The notes under the pieces are model-generated. The model had not been told where the DNA came from. It searched no databases and worked only from the letters and a program-made list of their open reading frames with translations. The position numbers were made by a program, and so were the translations under genes. Below are positions 37,981 to 47,634 of a stretch of 55,365 nucleotides of DNA, piece by piece. Within the stretch, counting starts at the first letter, position 1; the number at the start of each line of letters is the position of its first letter. Source of the DNA: Candidatus Faecimonas intestinavium. Its GTDB lineage: Bacteria; Bacillota_I; Bacilli_A; RF39; UBA660. The stretch is taken from positions 1 through 55,365 of the forward strand of contig DVKL01000005.1 of the NCBI GenBank assembly GCA_018716045.1, given 5' to 3'.

Positions 37981-39186
37981 TTATTTTAATTTAGTACCAC
38001 AGTTAGTACAGAAATTACCCCCATTAGTAGGAGTACCACAATTAGGGCAGAAACTTGCTCCTTGAGTAGCTGGAGATTGTTGCTGTGGTTGTGATTGTTG
38101 TGGAGATACAGTTTGACCAGCAGCCACTGCACGAGCTTGATTTAATTGTTCTGCAGCTTGATTGGCATAAGGATCATATACTTGCGTATTACCAGGAGTA
38201 GCTTGTGGATTAACTGCATTAGTAGCTACGCCTCCCATCATACCACCAGAAGCCATATTCATCATACCAACACCTAAGAAACCATTCATAGCACCAGCTT
38301 CATTTTTAGCTGCATCTTGAACAGCATTTGCATAAGCACCAGTAAGTGTTCCTTGTTGCATAAATTGATTAGATGATAATTCATAATTATCAATTTTTTG
38401 ATTAGATTCATCATCTAATGTAACAGATTCAACAACAAATCCTACAATACTTAATCCTCTATCACGAATTGGTTGATCAAATACTTTTTCATCCATGACC
38501 TTTTTTATTTCATCAGTACTACTAGGTAACTCTAGTACTGGTGTTTTATGAAGAGAGTTTCCTAATTCATTTAAGACATTTTGGAAAGCCCCAATAACTT
38601 CTGAACGCATTTGTTCACATAATTCGTCTTTACGATACTCTTCAGCAGTACCAGCAATACGTGACATAAATACTGCCGGATCACTAATCTTAAAAGTATA
38701 CTTACCAAAGCATTTTACTTCTACACGAAGTGGACTCATAGAACCAGTCATCTGATTTGGAATTGGATGTGACCAATCTTGAAAAGGAATTGGTGCTGGT
38801 GTTCCAAACTTATTATCCATAATCTCTTTGGCATTAATATAAAATACTGCTTGTTCTTTAAAAGTTCCACCATTATAAGTGAATCTTCCCCACATTTCTT
38901 TAAATACTGCACCAAATTGGCCAGCAAAGAATGATGGAGATGTAGACTGATCAAAAGTAAAAATACCCTCTTCTGCAGTTGCATCTAAAATTTGTCCATT
39001 TTGAAATACTACTGCAATTTGTCCAGGAGCAACCTGAATAGCACTATCTTTAGAGATAACGCCATTAGGAGTAGATACTCTCTTCATCAAAATATCTTGT
39101 CCTAAATCATCACAACGAATATACTCTTTCCATTGATCATGTAATGTACTTCCAATTGCAGCTGCTGCTGCCTTAATTAAACCCAT
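37981..39186 (-). CDS. SPFH/band-7 domain protein with a C-terminal double zinc ribbon (YdjI-like)
   Basis: MGLIKA...L.DQWKE, KFGTPAP, FCPNCG..FCTNCG. Confidence 0.85.
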   Translation of the reverse strand: MGLIKAAAAAIGSTLHDQWKEYIRCDDLGQDILMKRVSTPNGVISKDSAIQVAPGQIAVVFQNGQILDATAEEGIFTFDQSTSPSFFAGQFGAVFKEMWGRFTYNGGTFKEQAVFYINAKEIMDNKFGTPAPIPFQDWSHPIPNQMTGSMSPLRVEVKCFGKYTFKISDPAVFMSRIAGTAEEYRKDELCEQMRSEVIGAFQNVLNELGNSLHKTPVLELPSSTDEIKKVMDEKVFDQPIRDRGLSIVGFVVESVTLDDESNQKIDNYELSSNQFMQQGTLTGAYANAVQDAAKNEAGAMNGFLGVGMMNMASGGMMGGVATNAVNPQATPGNTQVYDPYANQAAEQLNQARAVAAGQTVSPQQSQPQQQSPATQGASFCPNCGTPTNGGNFCTNCGTKLK

Positions 39187-39207
39187 AAAAATACCTCTCT
39201 TTCATTA

Positions 39208-40113
39208 TTAAAAACGATGTCCACCACCGCCATGGCTCCTACCACTACTTCCAGAATATCGAGAACTTCCTACTCCACCACTGCTGCTACCAGAAGACCT
39301 TGGAACAGCTATAGTATTAGTAGAAACTAATCGATCACTCACAGTCTTAATTTTTAAAGAATCTTTATCTAAGTACTCCCTAGATGAAGTAGCCACCCTA
39401 ACTAATTTATTTTTAGAAATTAAAATTCCTATAACGATAGCAGTAATTACAGAAGGAATACCAAAAACAATAAGCCAAGGAAACTTTCGATAAACCTCTC
39501 CCTCATTATTAATTGCATACTTGCTATCTTTATTACTAGGTAATCCCATTGTATCATAATTTTCAATGATTGTCACAAACTTTGTAATACCATTCAAATA
39601 ATTTTCATTACTAAAATCTTGATAAATTGCATCTAACGTCATATCAATACGATAATCACTATACATGGAAATTGCTTTACCAGTAGTTGACATATAAATC
39701 TCTCTTGTATCCATATCTACAAGAAACAAAACTCCACTATATTCTGAATCCGTACCAAAATCATTATAATCGTAAAAATCATCAGCATATTCCATAGCAC
39801 TAAACTTATTATTATCATTAATTGTAACAACTGCTAAATCTAAATTTGTTTTGTTAATAAATTTTTGTACACGATTATAAATTTGTTCTTCTTCAGAAGG
39901 AGTTAACAACTCTGCAAAATCATACACCTTTTCACTAGCATCAACTGCTGGAGTACCCAAAATATTATCCAAATTCTGACTAGTTACTGTAATATCCGGT
40001 GAAACTAGTAAATTATCTTCTGTCCTAGTAAAAGTATTTGTGCTAGCAGAAACTGGTATAATACAAAAACCAAATAAAATAACAATTAGGAGTAAATACT
40101 TAAACTTTTTCAT
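39208..40113 (-). CDS. TPM-domain membrane protein (YdjH-like)
   Basis: VYDFAELLT, YADDFYD, GVLFLVDM..RE, TM, Gly/Ser tail HGGGGHRF. Confidence 0.85.
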   Translation of the reverse strand: MKKFKYLLLIVILFGFCIIPVSASTNTFTRTEDNLLVSPDITVTSQNLDNILGTPAVDASEKVYDFAELLTPSEEEQIYNRVQKFINKTNLDLAVVTINDNNKFSAMEYADDFYDYNDFGTDSEYSGVLFLVDMDTREIYMSTTGKAISMYSDYRIDMTLDAIYQDFSNENYLNGITKFVTIIENYDTMGLPSNKDSKYAINNEGEVYRKFPWLIVFGIPSVITAIVIGILISKNKLVRVATSSREYLDKDSLKIKTVSDRLVSTNTIAVPRSSGSSSGGVGSSRYSGSSGRSHGGGGHRF

Positions 40114-41165
40114 ATAATACCTCCTAAATACAATAGGATACAAACAATAAAGCAAAGTAAGAAAATAAGAATGCCCCAAAGAACTGTTTCTTTAACACCA
40201 AGAGGTAATTCTCCAACTATCTTTCCTGTTTGACCATTCATAGCAAAAGTATACATTTTATCATGATACTTAATATTAACCATAAAAACAGGTAACAAAA
40301 TATAATTAGATTTTTCTTTCTTAATAGCAAGATTATGTTTAATTAATGTACTCTGTTGATGCCTAACCGTCTCTTGTAATAAAGAAATTGATGTTTTTTC
40401 TGTTCTAGTCTTAGCTCTAAGTTCAGCATCATCTTCTAAAACATCATATTTTTCAGATAAAAACCCAGATAAAAAAGCATGATTATAAGAGGTTAAATCT
40501 TTATATTCAAATGGTTCTAAAGAATCCATCAAATCATCTGGAAACCTAGAAGAACCATCAGCCAACACTTTATCATAGTGCATCGCACCATCACAAACAA
40601 CTGCAAAACGATCTGTCTTCGTATAACGATTTCTAAAATCACTCCATGTATGAATATCAGTTCCACTAAACTCTGCTGTTCCATGAACATCAAAATCATA
40701 AGCCCAAAAAGGAATGTAAACACCTGTAATTTTTTCTATATTTTTCTTACTTTTAAAAGATTTAGGAACTAACGGCTTATGTCTTACCAATTTTTCAAAA
40801 GCATTCATAGCATCTTCTTTAACTTTTTGAAAAGGAATAATAAAATCTGGAACTCTACTATCTTGAATTTTTTCTTTTAAAATAGCGGTATTACCACAAT
40901 AAACACAAAACGTTGCTGTTGTATTAGCATCAGCAATAATTTCAGCACCACAACTTTTACAACGATAAACATCTGCTTCTTCGACTTTTCTCTTCTTCTT
41001 TTCTGAAGATTTTTGATTTACTTCTTCACTACTGGCATTTTTATGTTGTTGCATTTCTTCTAATGTAAACTCACTACCACAATATTCACATACCCATTTC
41101 TGCTCTTTAGGAGAAAACTTAATTACCGCTCCACAAGAAGGACATTTATTATCTAATGCCTCCAT
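40110..41165 (-). CDS. Zinc-ribbon membrane protein (YdjG-like)
   Basis: CPSC/CEYC/CKSC/CVYC, GVYIPFW, NGQTGKIVGELP, C-terminal TM. Confidence 0.85.
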   Translation of the reverse strand: MEALDNKCPSCGAVIKFSPKEQKWVCEYCGSEFTLEEMQQHKNASSEEVNQKSSEKKKRKVEEADVYRCKSCGAEIIADANTTATFCVYCGNTAILKEKIQDSRVPDFIIPFQKVKEDAMNAFEKLVRHKPLVPKSFKSKKNIEKITGVYIPFWAYDFDVHGTAEFSGTDIHTWSDFRNRYTKTDRFAVVCDGAMHYDKVLADGSSRFPDDLMDSLEPFEYKDLTSYNHAFLSGFLSEKYDVLEDDAELRAKTRTEKTSISLLQETVRHQQSTLIKHNLAIKKEKSNYILLPVFMVNIKYHDKMYTFAMNGQTGKIVGELPLGVKETVLWGILIFLLCFIVCILLYLGGII

Positions 41166-41204
41166 GACACCACCTCTATCATATTAATAATATCATAAAT
41201 AAAA

Positions 41205-41903
41205 TTAATAAGAAACTAAATCATTACAATACCATACTCTTTTAACAATATCTTTTACATAAGTCCCACAATAACTACATCTATGATTCTTTAAATCAAT
41301 CATAATTGCTCCACAATTAGGACAAGAAACTTCAAAAACTTTATCTTTTTTAGAAACAATAGAACTATCCAATATATAGATATATTCAATACGAAAGCGA
41401 TCCTGTACTTTTTTCTTTAATTTTCCATCTACAGATAATAAATATTCTAGACTACTACCAAAAGTAATTGTCGAAACCTTTTGATTATTCTCATATTTAC
41501 TAACTACAGTCTTATGAAACCGTATTTTTTTAAAACTAATATTATGACTTCCATACTCTTTCAATACTTTATCTATTGATACCTTAATTTTGTCATTCAT
41601 AATATCTTTAGTATTCTTATTTTCTATTGCCTGTAAATATAATAAAATATTTTTCTCACACTCTCTTTTTAATTCATTAAGATTAAGTTCTGGAAAATCC
41701 TCTTTAATTTTATCTAAATATAATGAATCCAGATTAGATAAAGATTTAGGAATCTCTTCATCTTCTACCCTAGCATGTTTTACAATGGAAGAAATACTAG
41801 AAACACCTAAAATTTTCTTTAATTTATGTAATAACACAAGTCCTAATACAATAACAACTAAGATTAATACTAAAATAATAATTAAAGATATACTAAAAAA
41901 CAT
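41205..41903 (-). CDS. Membrane-anchored Tim44-like protein with a C-terminal zinc ribbon
   Basis: N-terminal TM, I..DFP, CPNCGA...CSYCG. Confidence 0.65.
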   Translation of the reverse strand: MFFSISLIIILVLILVVIVLGLVLLHKLKKILGVSSISSIVKHARVEDEEIPKSLSNLDSLYLDKIKEDFPELNLNELKRECEKNILLYLQAIENKNTKDIMNDKIKVSIDKVLKEYGSHNISFKKIRFHKTVVSKYENNQKVSTITFGSSLEYLLSVDGKLKKKVQDRFRIEYIYILDSSIVSKKDKVFEVSCPNCGAIMIDLKNHRCSYCGTYVKDIVKRVWYCNDLVSY

Positions 41904-41952
41904 ATAATCACCTTAAATAAATTTTATCATTAAAACATAAAAAAAAAGAAGA

Positions 41953-42096
41953 TTATTCATCTTCTAATCTTTGTAAAGTAGACTCTTTATCTACAACTTC
42001 AATCAGTAATTTTCCCTCTTTTGAATTACTATCAATATGTATATTTTTCATAGCAGACTCATGTCCAACTACTTCACATCTTTTATCTTCTTCCAT
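41953..42096 (-). CDS. Small hypothetical protein (47 aa)
   Basis: MEEDKRCEVVGHESAMKNIHIDSNSKEGKLLIEVVDKESTLQRLEDE; GGTGA RBS; GAAGAT/ATCTTC+T7 terminator over the stop; not in ORF track. Confidence 0.55.
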   Translation of the reverse strand: MEEDKRCEVVGHESAMKNIHIDSNSKEGKLLIEVVDKESTLQRLEDE

Positions 42097-42122
42097 TCTA
42101 TCACCATTAAATAATATATCCA

Positions 42123-42152
42123 AAGAAAAAAGAAATATGTAACATATTTCTT
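42123..42152 (-). terminator. Terminator after serS
   Basis: AAGAAATATGT-A-ACATATTTCTT inverted repeat with a T tract on the minus strand. Confidence 0.65.
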
Positions 42153-42153
42153 A

Positions 42154-43437
42154 TTAAGCTATTTTAATTACTTCTTTACCACCCATATAAGGTTGTAATG
42201 GTTTAGGAATTTTTATACTTCCATCTTCTTGATAATTATTTTCAATGAAAGCAATAAGTCCACGAGGAGTTGCAACAACAGTATTATTTAAGGTATGCAA
42301 GAAATAAGTACCTTTTTCTCCTTTTTTACGAATACCAAGACGTCTAGCTTGAGCATCTCCTAAGTTAGAACAACTTCCAACTTCAAAATATTTCTTTTGT
42401 CTAGGACTCCAAGCTTCAATATCGCAAGATTTAACTTTTAAATCAGCTAAATCCCCACTACAACATTCAAGTTGTCTTACTGGGATATCCAAACTTCTAA
42501 AGAAATCTACTGTTAACTTCCACATCTTCTCATACCAATCCATAGATTCTTCAGGTTCACAAATAACAATCATCTCTTGCTTCTCAAATTGATGAACACG
42601 ATAAAGCCCTCTCTCTTCTAATCCATGAGAACCACCTTCTTTACGGAAACAAGGAGAATAACTTGTCATATGAATAGGAAGTTCACTATCTTTAATTATC
42701 TGATCTTTAAACTTACCAATCATAGAATGTTCTGAAGTTCCAATTAAATATAAATCTTCTCCTTCAATCTTATACATCATAGCTTCCATCTCAGGGAATG
42801 ACATAACACCAGTAACAACATCACTATGAATCATAAACGGTGGAATTGCATAAGTAAATCCAGCATCTATCATAAAGTCTCTAGCATAAGCAAGCATTGC
42901 TTCATGAAGACGAGCAATATCCCCAAGTAAATAATAAAATCCTTGTCCACTAGTTCTACCAGCCGCATCTTTATCCATACCATGAAGTCTTTCAATAATA
43001 TCAGCATGATATGGTATTTCATACTCTGGTACAACAGGATCTCCAAATTTTTGTACTTCTACATTTTCACTATCATCTTTACCAATAGGTACAGTTGGAT
43101 CCATAATTTGTGGAATTACCATCATACGATCTTTTATTTCACGAGAAAGTTCTTCTTGTTCTTTCTCTAAGGCACTAATTTCATCAGCAGTTTTCGCAAT
43201 ATCTGCTTTAATCTTTTCAGCCTCGTCTCTTTTACCTTCCTTCATTAACTTTCCAATTTCGCCACTCATACGATTCTTATCAGCTTTTAATCCATCAGCT
43301 TTAACTTGTACTTCACGTACTCTCTTATCCATTTCATAAACTTCATCTACCAAAGGAAGTTTTTCATCTTGAAACTTTTTCTTAATATTTTCCTTTACTA
43401 AATCCTTATTTTCTCTAATTAATTTAATATCTATCAT
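42154..43437 (-). CDS. serS: Serine--tRNA ligase
   Basis: Coiled-coil arm, LIGTSE, CFRKEGG, RVHQFEKQE, EVGSCSN, HTLN. Confidence 0.97.
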   Translation of the reverse strand: MIDIKLIRENKDLVKENIKKKFQDEKLPLVDEVYEMDKRVREVQVKADGLKADKNRMSGEIGKLMKEGKRDEAEKIKADIAKTADEISALEKEQEELSREIKDRMMVIPQIMDPTVPIGKDDSENVEVQKFGDPVVPEYEIPYHADIIERLHGMDKDAAGRTSGQGFYYLLGDIARLHEAMLAYARDFMIDAGFTYAIPPFMIHSDVVTGVMSFPEMEAMMYKIEGEDLYLIGTSEHSMIGKFKDQIIKDSELPIHMTSYSPCFRKEGGSHGLEERGLYRVHQFEKQEMIVICEPEESMDWYEKMWKLTVDFFRSLDIPVRQLECCSGDLADLKVKSCDIEAWSPRQKKYFEVGSCSNLGDAQARRLGIRKKGEKGTYFLHTLNNTVVATPRGLIAFIENNYQEDGSIKIPKPLQPYMGGKEVIKIA

Positions 43438-43439
43438 AT

Positions 43440-44393
43440 TTATACCTCTTTTCTAAATAATTGATTATAACTATTTTCATATAATACTTTATTAATCTCT
43501 TCTGTACTTAAATATTTTTCTAGTAATTCCTTGATTTCATTATAAACATTTGCATATCTAAATACTTGAATATCTTCACCAGACTCAAGCAAAACAGTAT
43601 CTGATTTAAACAAAACAAGATCAAACTTCATATCATCAGTAGATACTCCAACAGCATCAATTCCAAGTAAATCTTTAACATGTAAAATATGTTTTACATA
43701 GGAGTCTTTTAACTCTTCTAAATTCTCACTCGAGGAGACAAATGGCCCATAAGAAACAAGACCTACAACAGGATTCAATTCCTTAAGAGATAACAATTGT
43801 TCATCTGTTAAATTTCTTGGATGAGAATACAAATCATAACAATTAGAATGACTGACAATAACTCTAACATCTCTACCTTTAGCTTTTTCTTCCTTCAATA
43901 AAGAAACTGTATCAGAAAAAGTATTTAAATTCATATGAGATAAATCAATACTAATACCAAGCTCAATAGCTTTTCTTAAGAAGTCCTTACCATCTTCACT
44001 AAGTCCATTACTACTACGATTACCAGAACCATACTTATTCTTATTATTCCAGACAAGTAAAACATTACGAAGACCTAATTGAGAAAGTTCCTCTAATTGA
44101 GAAAGATTGTCAATATAATCACAGCCTTCTATACTATAAACAACATCTAACTCTGGAAAATATTTACGAAATAAAGTTGTTGCAATACGAAACATTTCTA
44201 CTACATCAATCGGTTCATACAACTCACCTAATTCTTCTTTCATTTCTTCTTCATTCATAAAATAAAGATTAGCAACTACTCCTCGAACCCCGTTATTTTG
44301 ATAATACTTCTGAATAGTTTCTATATAACTAAAATCATTCTTTTTATAACAATAATATAAAATGGACAATAAGTCATAATGCAAATCAATCAT
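43440..44393 (-). CDS. M19-family (membrane dipeptidase-like) metallopeptidase
   Basis: IDLHYD, SIEG, IDLSH, VSHSN, HPRNLTD, GIDAVGVSTD; start MIDL after AGGAG. Confidence 0.85.
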   Translation of the reverse strand: MIDLHYDLLSILYYCYKKNDFSYIETIQKYYQNNGVRGVVANLYFMNEEEMKEELGELYEPIDVVEMFRIATTLFRKYFPELDVVYSIEGCDYIDNLSQLEELSQLGLRNVLLVWNNKNKYGSGNRSSNGLSEDGKDFLRKAIELGISIDLSHMNLNTFSDTVSLLKEEKAKGRDVRVIVSHSNCYDLYSHPRNLTDEQLLSLKELNPVVGLVSYGPFVSSSENLEELKDSYVKHILHVKDLLGIDAVGVSTDDMKFDLVLFKSDTVLLESGEDIQVFRYANVYNEIKELLEKYLSTEEINKVLYENSYNQLFRKEV

Positions 44394-44399
44394 AAAATC

Positions 44400-44600
44400 A
44401 TCTCCTAAAAACAAAAAAAGAATAGTACAAGGAGTGCAACATAGGCACGGTACCATCCTTTTCTTTAACTCAAAGTATAACGGACTTCTCCGGAAATAAT
44501 TCATCTATAGAGTAGATAAATAAGCCTTTAATATCGTTTTCACCAACCACGATTTCTCTACAATTAAAGATTCTTATTATTAGTTCTAATCACCGATTTG
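44400..44600 (-). ncRNA. T-box riboswitch leader (probably Ser) of the dipeptidase-serS operon
   Basis: AGAGA and GGTGAAA stem I motifs, CCGTTA F-box, T-box AAGGATGGTACCGTG (44460-44446) with antiterminator pairing GTGC/GCAC and AAGGA/TCCTT. Confidence 0.85.
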
Positions 44601-44605
44601 TTAAT

Positions 44606-44634
44606 AGTATATTACTTTTTTTTGATTTTATCAA
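44606..44634 (-). promoter_or_regulatory. sigmaA promoter of the T-box leader
   Basis: TTGATA-17 nt-TATACT. Confidence 0.75.
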
Positions 44635-44648
44635 CCATTTTAATAGAA

Positions 44649-45137
44649 TTAAGTTGTAATTAATACTTTTTCTAGTCGGAGTGCTTCCTCCTGATACTTC
44701 TTAACAAAATAGCAACGCTTCTCTTCATCTAATCTATTTAAACGTTCTAAATTCAAATGATCCATAATATCAGCATATTTAACCTTCACTGCATCTAGAT
44801 TATTAGTCTCAATAATTTCAGTAATCCAATCATGATAGCTCTTCTTTCTAGTTTTATCTTTCGTTACAATTCTAACGATTTCAACAATATCATTAGAAAA
44901 ACCTAAAGCTCGCAAGTCATCCAGTGTAAAATCAGAAATATCTTCAACAATATCATGAAGCAACCCTGCAATTCTAGTATTAGCAGAATCCAACATTTTA
45001 CTAACACAAATTAAATGATCAATATAAGGTACTCCAGCCTTATCTTTTTTATCACGAAATAAATAAGAAACCAGTTGATAAGCCCTATCATAATCATCAC
45101 TAATCTTTTTAAATTTTAAAACTTCACTAGCTATCAT
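44649..45137 (-). CDS. Stand-alone HD-domain protein (RelA/SpoT hydrolase-like)
   Basis: DKAG.PYI.HL..V, AGLLHDIVED, VK.AD..D.L. Confidence 0.8.
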   Translation of the reverse strand: MIASEVLKFKKISDDYDRAYQLVSYLFRDKKDKAGVPYIDHLICVSKMLDSANTRIAGLLHDIVEDISDFTLDDLRALGFSNDIVEIVRIVTKDKTRKKSYHDWITEIIETNNLDAVKVKYADIMDHLNLERLNRLDEEKRCYFVKKYQEEALRLEKVLITT

Positions 45138-45172
45138 AATACACCTACTCACTAAAATATAATAATCTAATC

Positions 45173-46294
45173 TTACTTTCTACAGATAATTGCCCCTTCT
45201 GGAAGAGAAATCTCATCAGGACTCATATTATTATCACGAGAAGAAAAAACATGTTCTCCATCAGTAAGATTATAAGATACAACTATTTTATCTCTTGAAC
45301 TCTGAATATAAAAATAACCAGAAATTTTCTTTCCATTTAAAGAAGAACGAATAGGAATAGGATAACTTTGAATATCAGAAAGGTTAGCAACAGAAACATA
45401 ATATTCTCCTTCTGGAGAAGAAAAATCATTATCACCACAAGAATAAATACCATCGTAAACATCTTGTTTTACTGTATCAGCAACTCTTTCTATATCTTTT
45501 ATAACAAAATAATTAGCTACATCACGAGAAATAGGTAGTTGAGTAAAGCCTAAAAATAATAGAAAGATAGCAATAGAGCAAATAAACGCAGGAATTTTAG
45601 TATTTCTTTTCTTCCCCTTTTCCATATACTTTTTATATTTTTTTCCAGGACCATTGTAAATAGCCCTATCACTAAAAGCAATCACTGGTAACATAATAAA
45701 TGGAAAAAATAAAGTAAGCCATCCACTTTTTCCAAAAACCTTTCCTGTTTTATAAGTAGCATAAAGAGCATAAACAAATCCAACAATAGGAATCAAAGTA
45801 ATTAAAAATAGCCACCCATTGCCAAGGACAATATCAAAATACGCATACTGACCATAGAAAGGAAGAAACGAAGCAAACGCAGAATACCCTCCTTTCATAT
45901 AAATAGATATATTAGTTAAAATAACAAAAACCCAAATAAAAAATAGGAAACACAACCCAAAAACCATATTAAAAGAATATGGAAAAGCAAAATAATAAAT
46001 AGCGCCTAAGCAAAGAGTAAAAATAAAAAGTAGCCCTACCATAACTCTAGTATCCACATATGTAGTTTTTTTATCAGCAACAGGAACATCTGCATAAACT
46101 TTACCCGCAATTTCTATTGTTCGAGCTGGTCCATTAGCTGCTTTTTGATATTCTTCATTTGCTTGCTCAAATTCCTGCGCGGTAATATAGTTTCTCATTT
46201 TTTGGTTATCAGGATGTTCATAATTTAGAGCACCACATTTCATACAATAACGCTGTTTAGGATTCAACTCAGCACCACAACGAGGACAAACCAT
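45173..46294 (-). CDS. Membrane protein with an N-terminal zinc ribbon and a DUF5684-like TM domain
   Basis: CPRC..CMKC; LPFY, GW..LI..IPIVG, FGKS, LP.IAFS motifs. Confidence 0.7.
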   Translation of the reverse strand: MVCPRCGAELNPKQRYCMKCGALNYEHPDNQKMRNYITAQEFEQANEEYQKAANGPARTIEIAGKVYADVPVADKKTTYVDTRVMVGLLFIFTLCLGAIYYFAFPYSFNMVFGLCFLFFIWVFVILTNISIYMKGGYSAFASFLPFYGQYAYFDIVLGNGWLFLITLIPIVGFVYALYATYKTGKVFGKSGWLTLFFPFIMLPVIAFSDRAIYNGPGKKYKKYMEKGKKRNTKIPAFICSIAIFLLFLGFTQLPISRDVANYFVIKDIERVADTVKQDVYDGIYSCGDNDFSSPEGEYYVSVANLSDIQSYPIPIRSSLNGKKISGYFYIQSSRDKIVVSYNLTDGEHVFSSRDNNMSPDEISLPEGAIICRK

Positions 46295-46350
46295 AGAACC
46301 AACCTCCTATCATTATTAAGTTTACCATGACAACTTCAAAAAAAAAAGAC

Positions 46351-46611
46351 CTATTTGGTCTCGATTATTAATTTAATAGCAGTACGCTCTTCTCCATCAA
46401 TTGCAATATCTTGAAAAGCAGGAATGCATACTAAATTCTTCCCAGAAGGAGCAACAAATCCTCTAGCAATTGCTACCGCTTTAATCGCTTGATTTAATGC
46501 ACCGGCTCCAACAGCCTGAATTTCTGCAGACCCTTTTTCACGAAATACATTAGCAAGAGCACCTGCTACACTATTTGGATTAGACTTACTACTGACTTTT
46601 AATGTTTCCAT
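46351..46611 (-). CDS. spoVS: Stage V sporulation protein S
   Basis: LKVSSKSNPNSVAGA, QAVGAGALNQAIKAVAIARGFVAP. Confidence 0.96.
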   Translation of the reverse strand: METLKVSSKSNPNSVAGALANVFREKGSAEIQAVGAGALNQAIKAVAIARGFVAPSGKNLVCIPAFQDIAIDGEERTAIKLIIETK

Positions 46612-46670
46612 AGATATTAATTCCTCTCTTTCTATACATTAATATATGAATGAGAAGAAAAAATATGATA

Positions 46671-47579
46671 TCATTTTATTTTTTCCAAAGCCTCTTTAAT
46701 AACATCTATACTATGTTGTAATTGTAAAGACTCTTCCTCAGTTAAATCAACAAAAACACGCCCCTTGGCACCTCTTTTATTAACAATAGTAGGAAGCCCG
46801 ATAAACACATCATTTTCTTTATCGTAAGTAGATACAGTAATGATTCTATTTTCATCACCTAAAATAGCATTCGTAATAGATACCAAGCACATTCCAATAC
46901 CATAATAGGTTGCTCCTTTCCGCTCAATAATTTTATAAGCTGCATTCTTCACTTCATCAGCAATCTCCTGTTTTTCCTCTACAGACAAAAATTTTCCAAC
47001 ATTTTGTAATCCAACAGTCGCATTACTCCAAGGAACAAATTCGCTATCGCCATGTTCACCAATGACATAAGCATGAATATTTTTAGGGCCAATACCAAGT
47101 TTGTCACCAATCAAATAACGAAGTCTAGAAGTATCTAAACTAGTACCACTTCCTAGCACTCGATGATAATCAAATCCAGAATATTTCCAGGTAAGATAAG
47201 TCATAACATCCAAAGGATTGGTTGCTACCAGAAAGATTCCTTTAAATCCACTTTTTACAACATCACCAACAATAGATTTAAAGATTTTACTATTCTTATA
47301 AATTAAATCCATCCGAGACTCACCCTTATTTTGATTAGCTCCAGCAGCAATCACAACAATTTTAGCATCACTACAATCTGTGTAATCGCCACAACGAATA
47401 TCTATTTTCGATGGTGCAAAAGCTAAACAATGATTTAAATCCATTGCTTCTCCTAAAGCTCTATCTTTATTCAAATCAATTAAAATCAACTCATTAACAT
47501 TAGTACGCTGATTTAATAATGCATAAGCATAACTCATACCAACATTTCCACATCCAACAATAACTACTTTATTATGCAT
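46671..47579 (-). CDS. ldh: L-lactate dehydrogenase
   Basis: VGCGNVG, AGANQ..GESR.DL, ATNPLD, GT.LDT.R, GEHGDS, KGATYYGI. Confidence 0.95.
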   Translation of the reverse strand: MHNKVVIVGCGNVGMSYAYALLNQRTNVNELILIDLNKDRALGEAMDLNHCLAFAPSKIDIRCGDYTDCSDAKIVVIAAGANQNKGESRMDLIYKNSKIFKSIVGDVVKSGFKGIFLVATNPLDVMTYLTWKYSGFDYHRVLGSGTSLDTSRLRYLIGDKLGIGPKNIHAYVIGEHGDSEFVPWSNATVGLQNVGKFLSVEEKQEIADEVKNAAYKIIERKGATYYGIGMCLVSITNAILGDENRIITVSTYDKENDVFIGLPTIVNKRGAKGRVFVDLTEEESLQLQHSIDVIKEALEKIK

Positions 47580-47634
47580 CTAATCCCTCCTATGATTAGT
47601 ATAACACTAAAAAAGAAAAAAATAGATATAATAT

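Noticed and set aside
43440-44504. Track's long N-terminal extension of the dipeptidase
   Set aside because: The extension runs through the T-box RNA; the RBS and the HxD motif support a start at 44393
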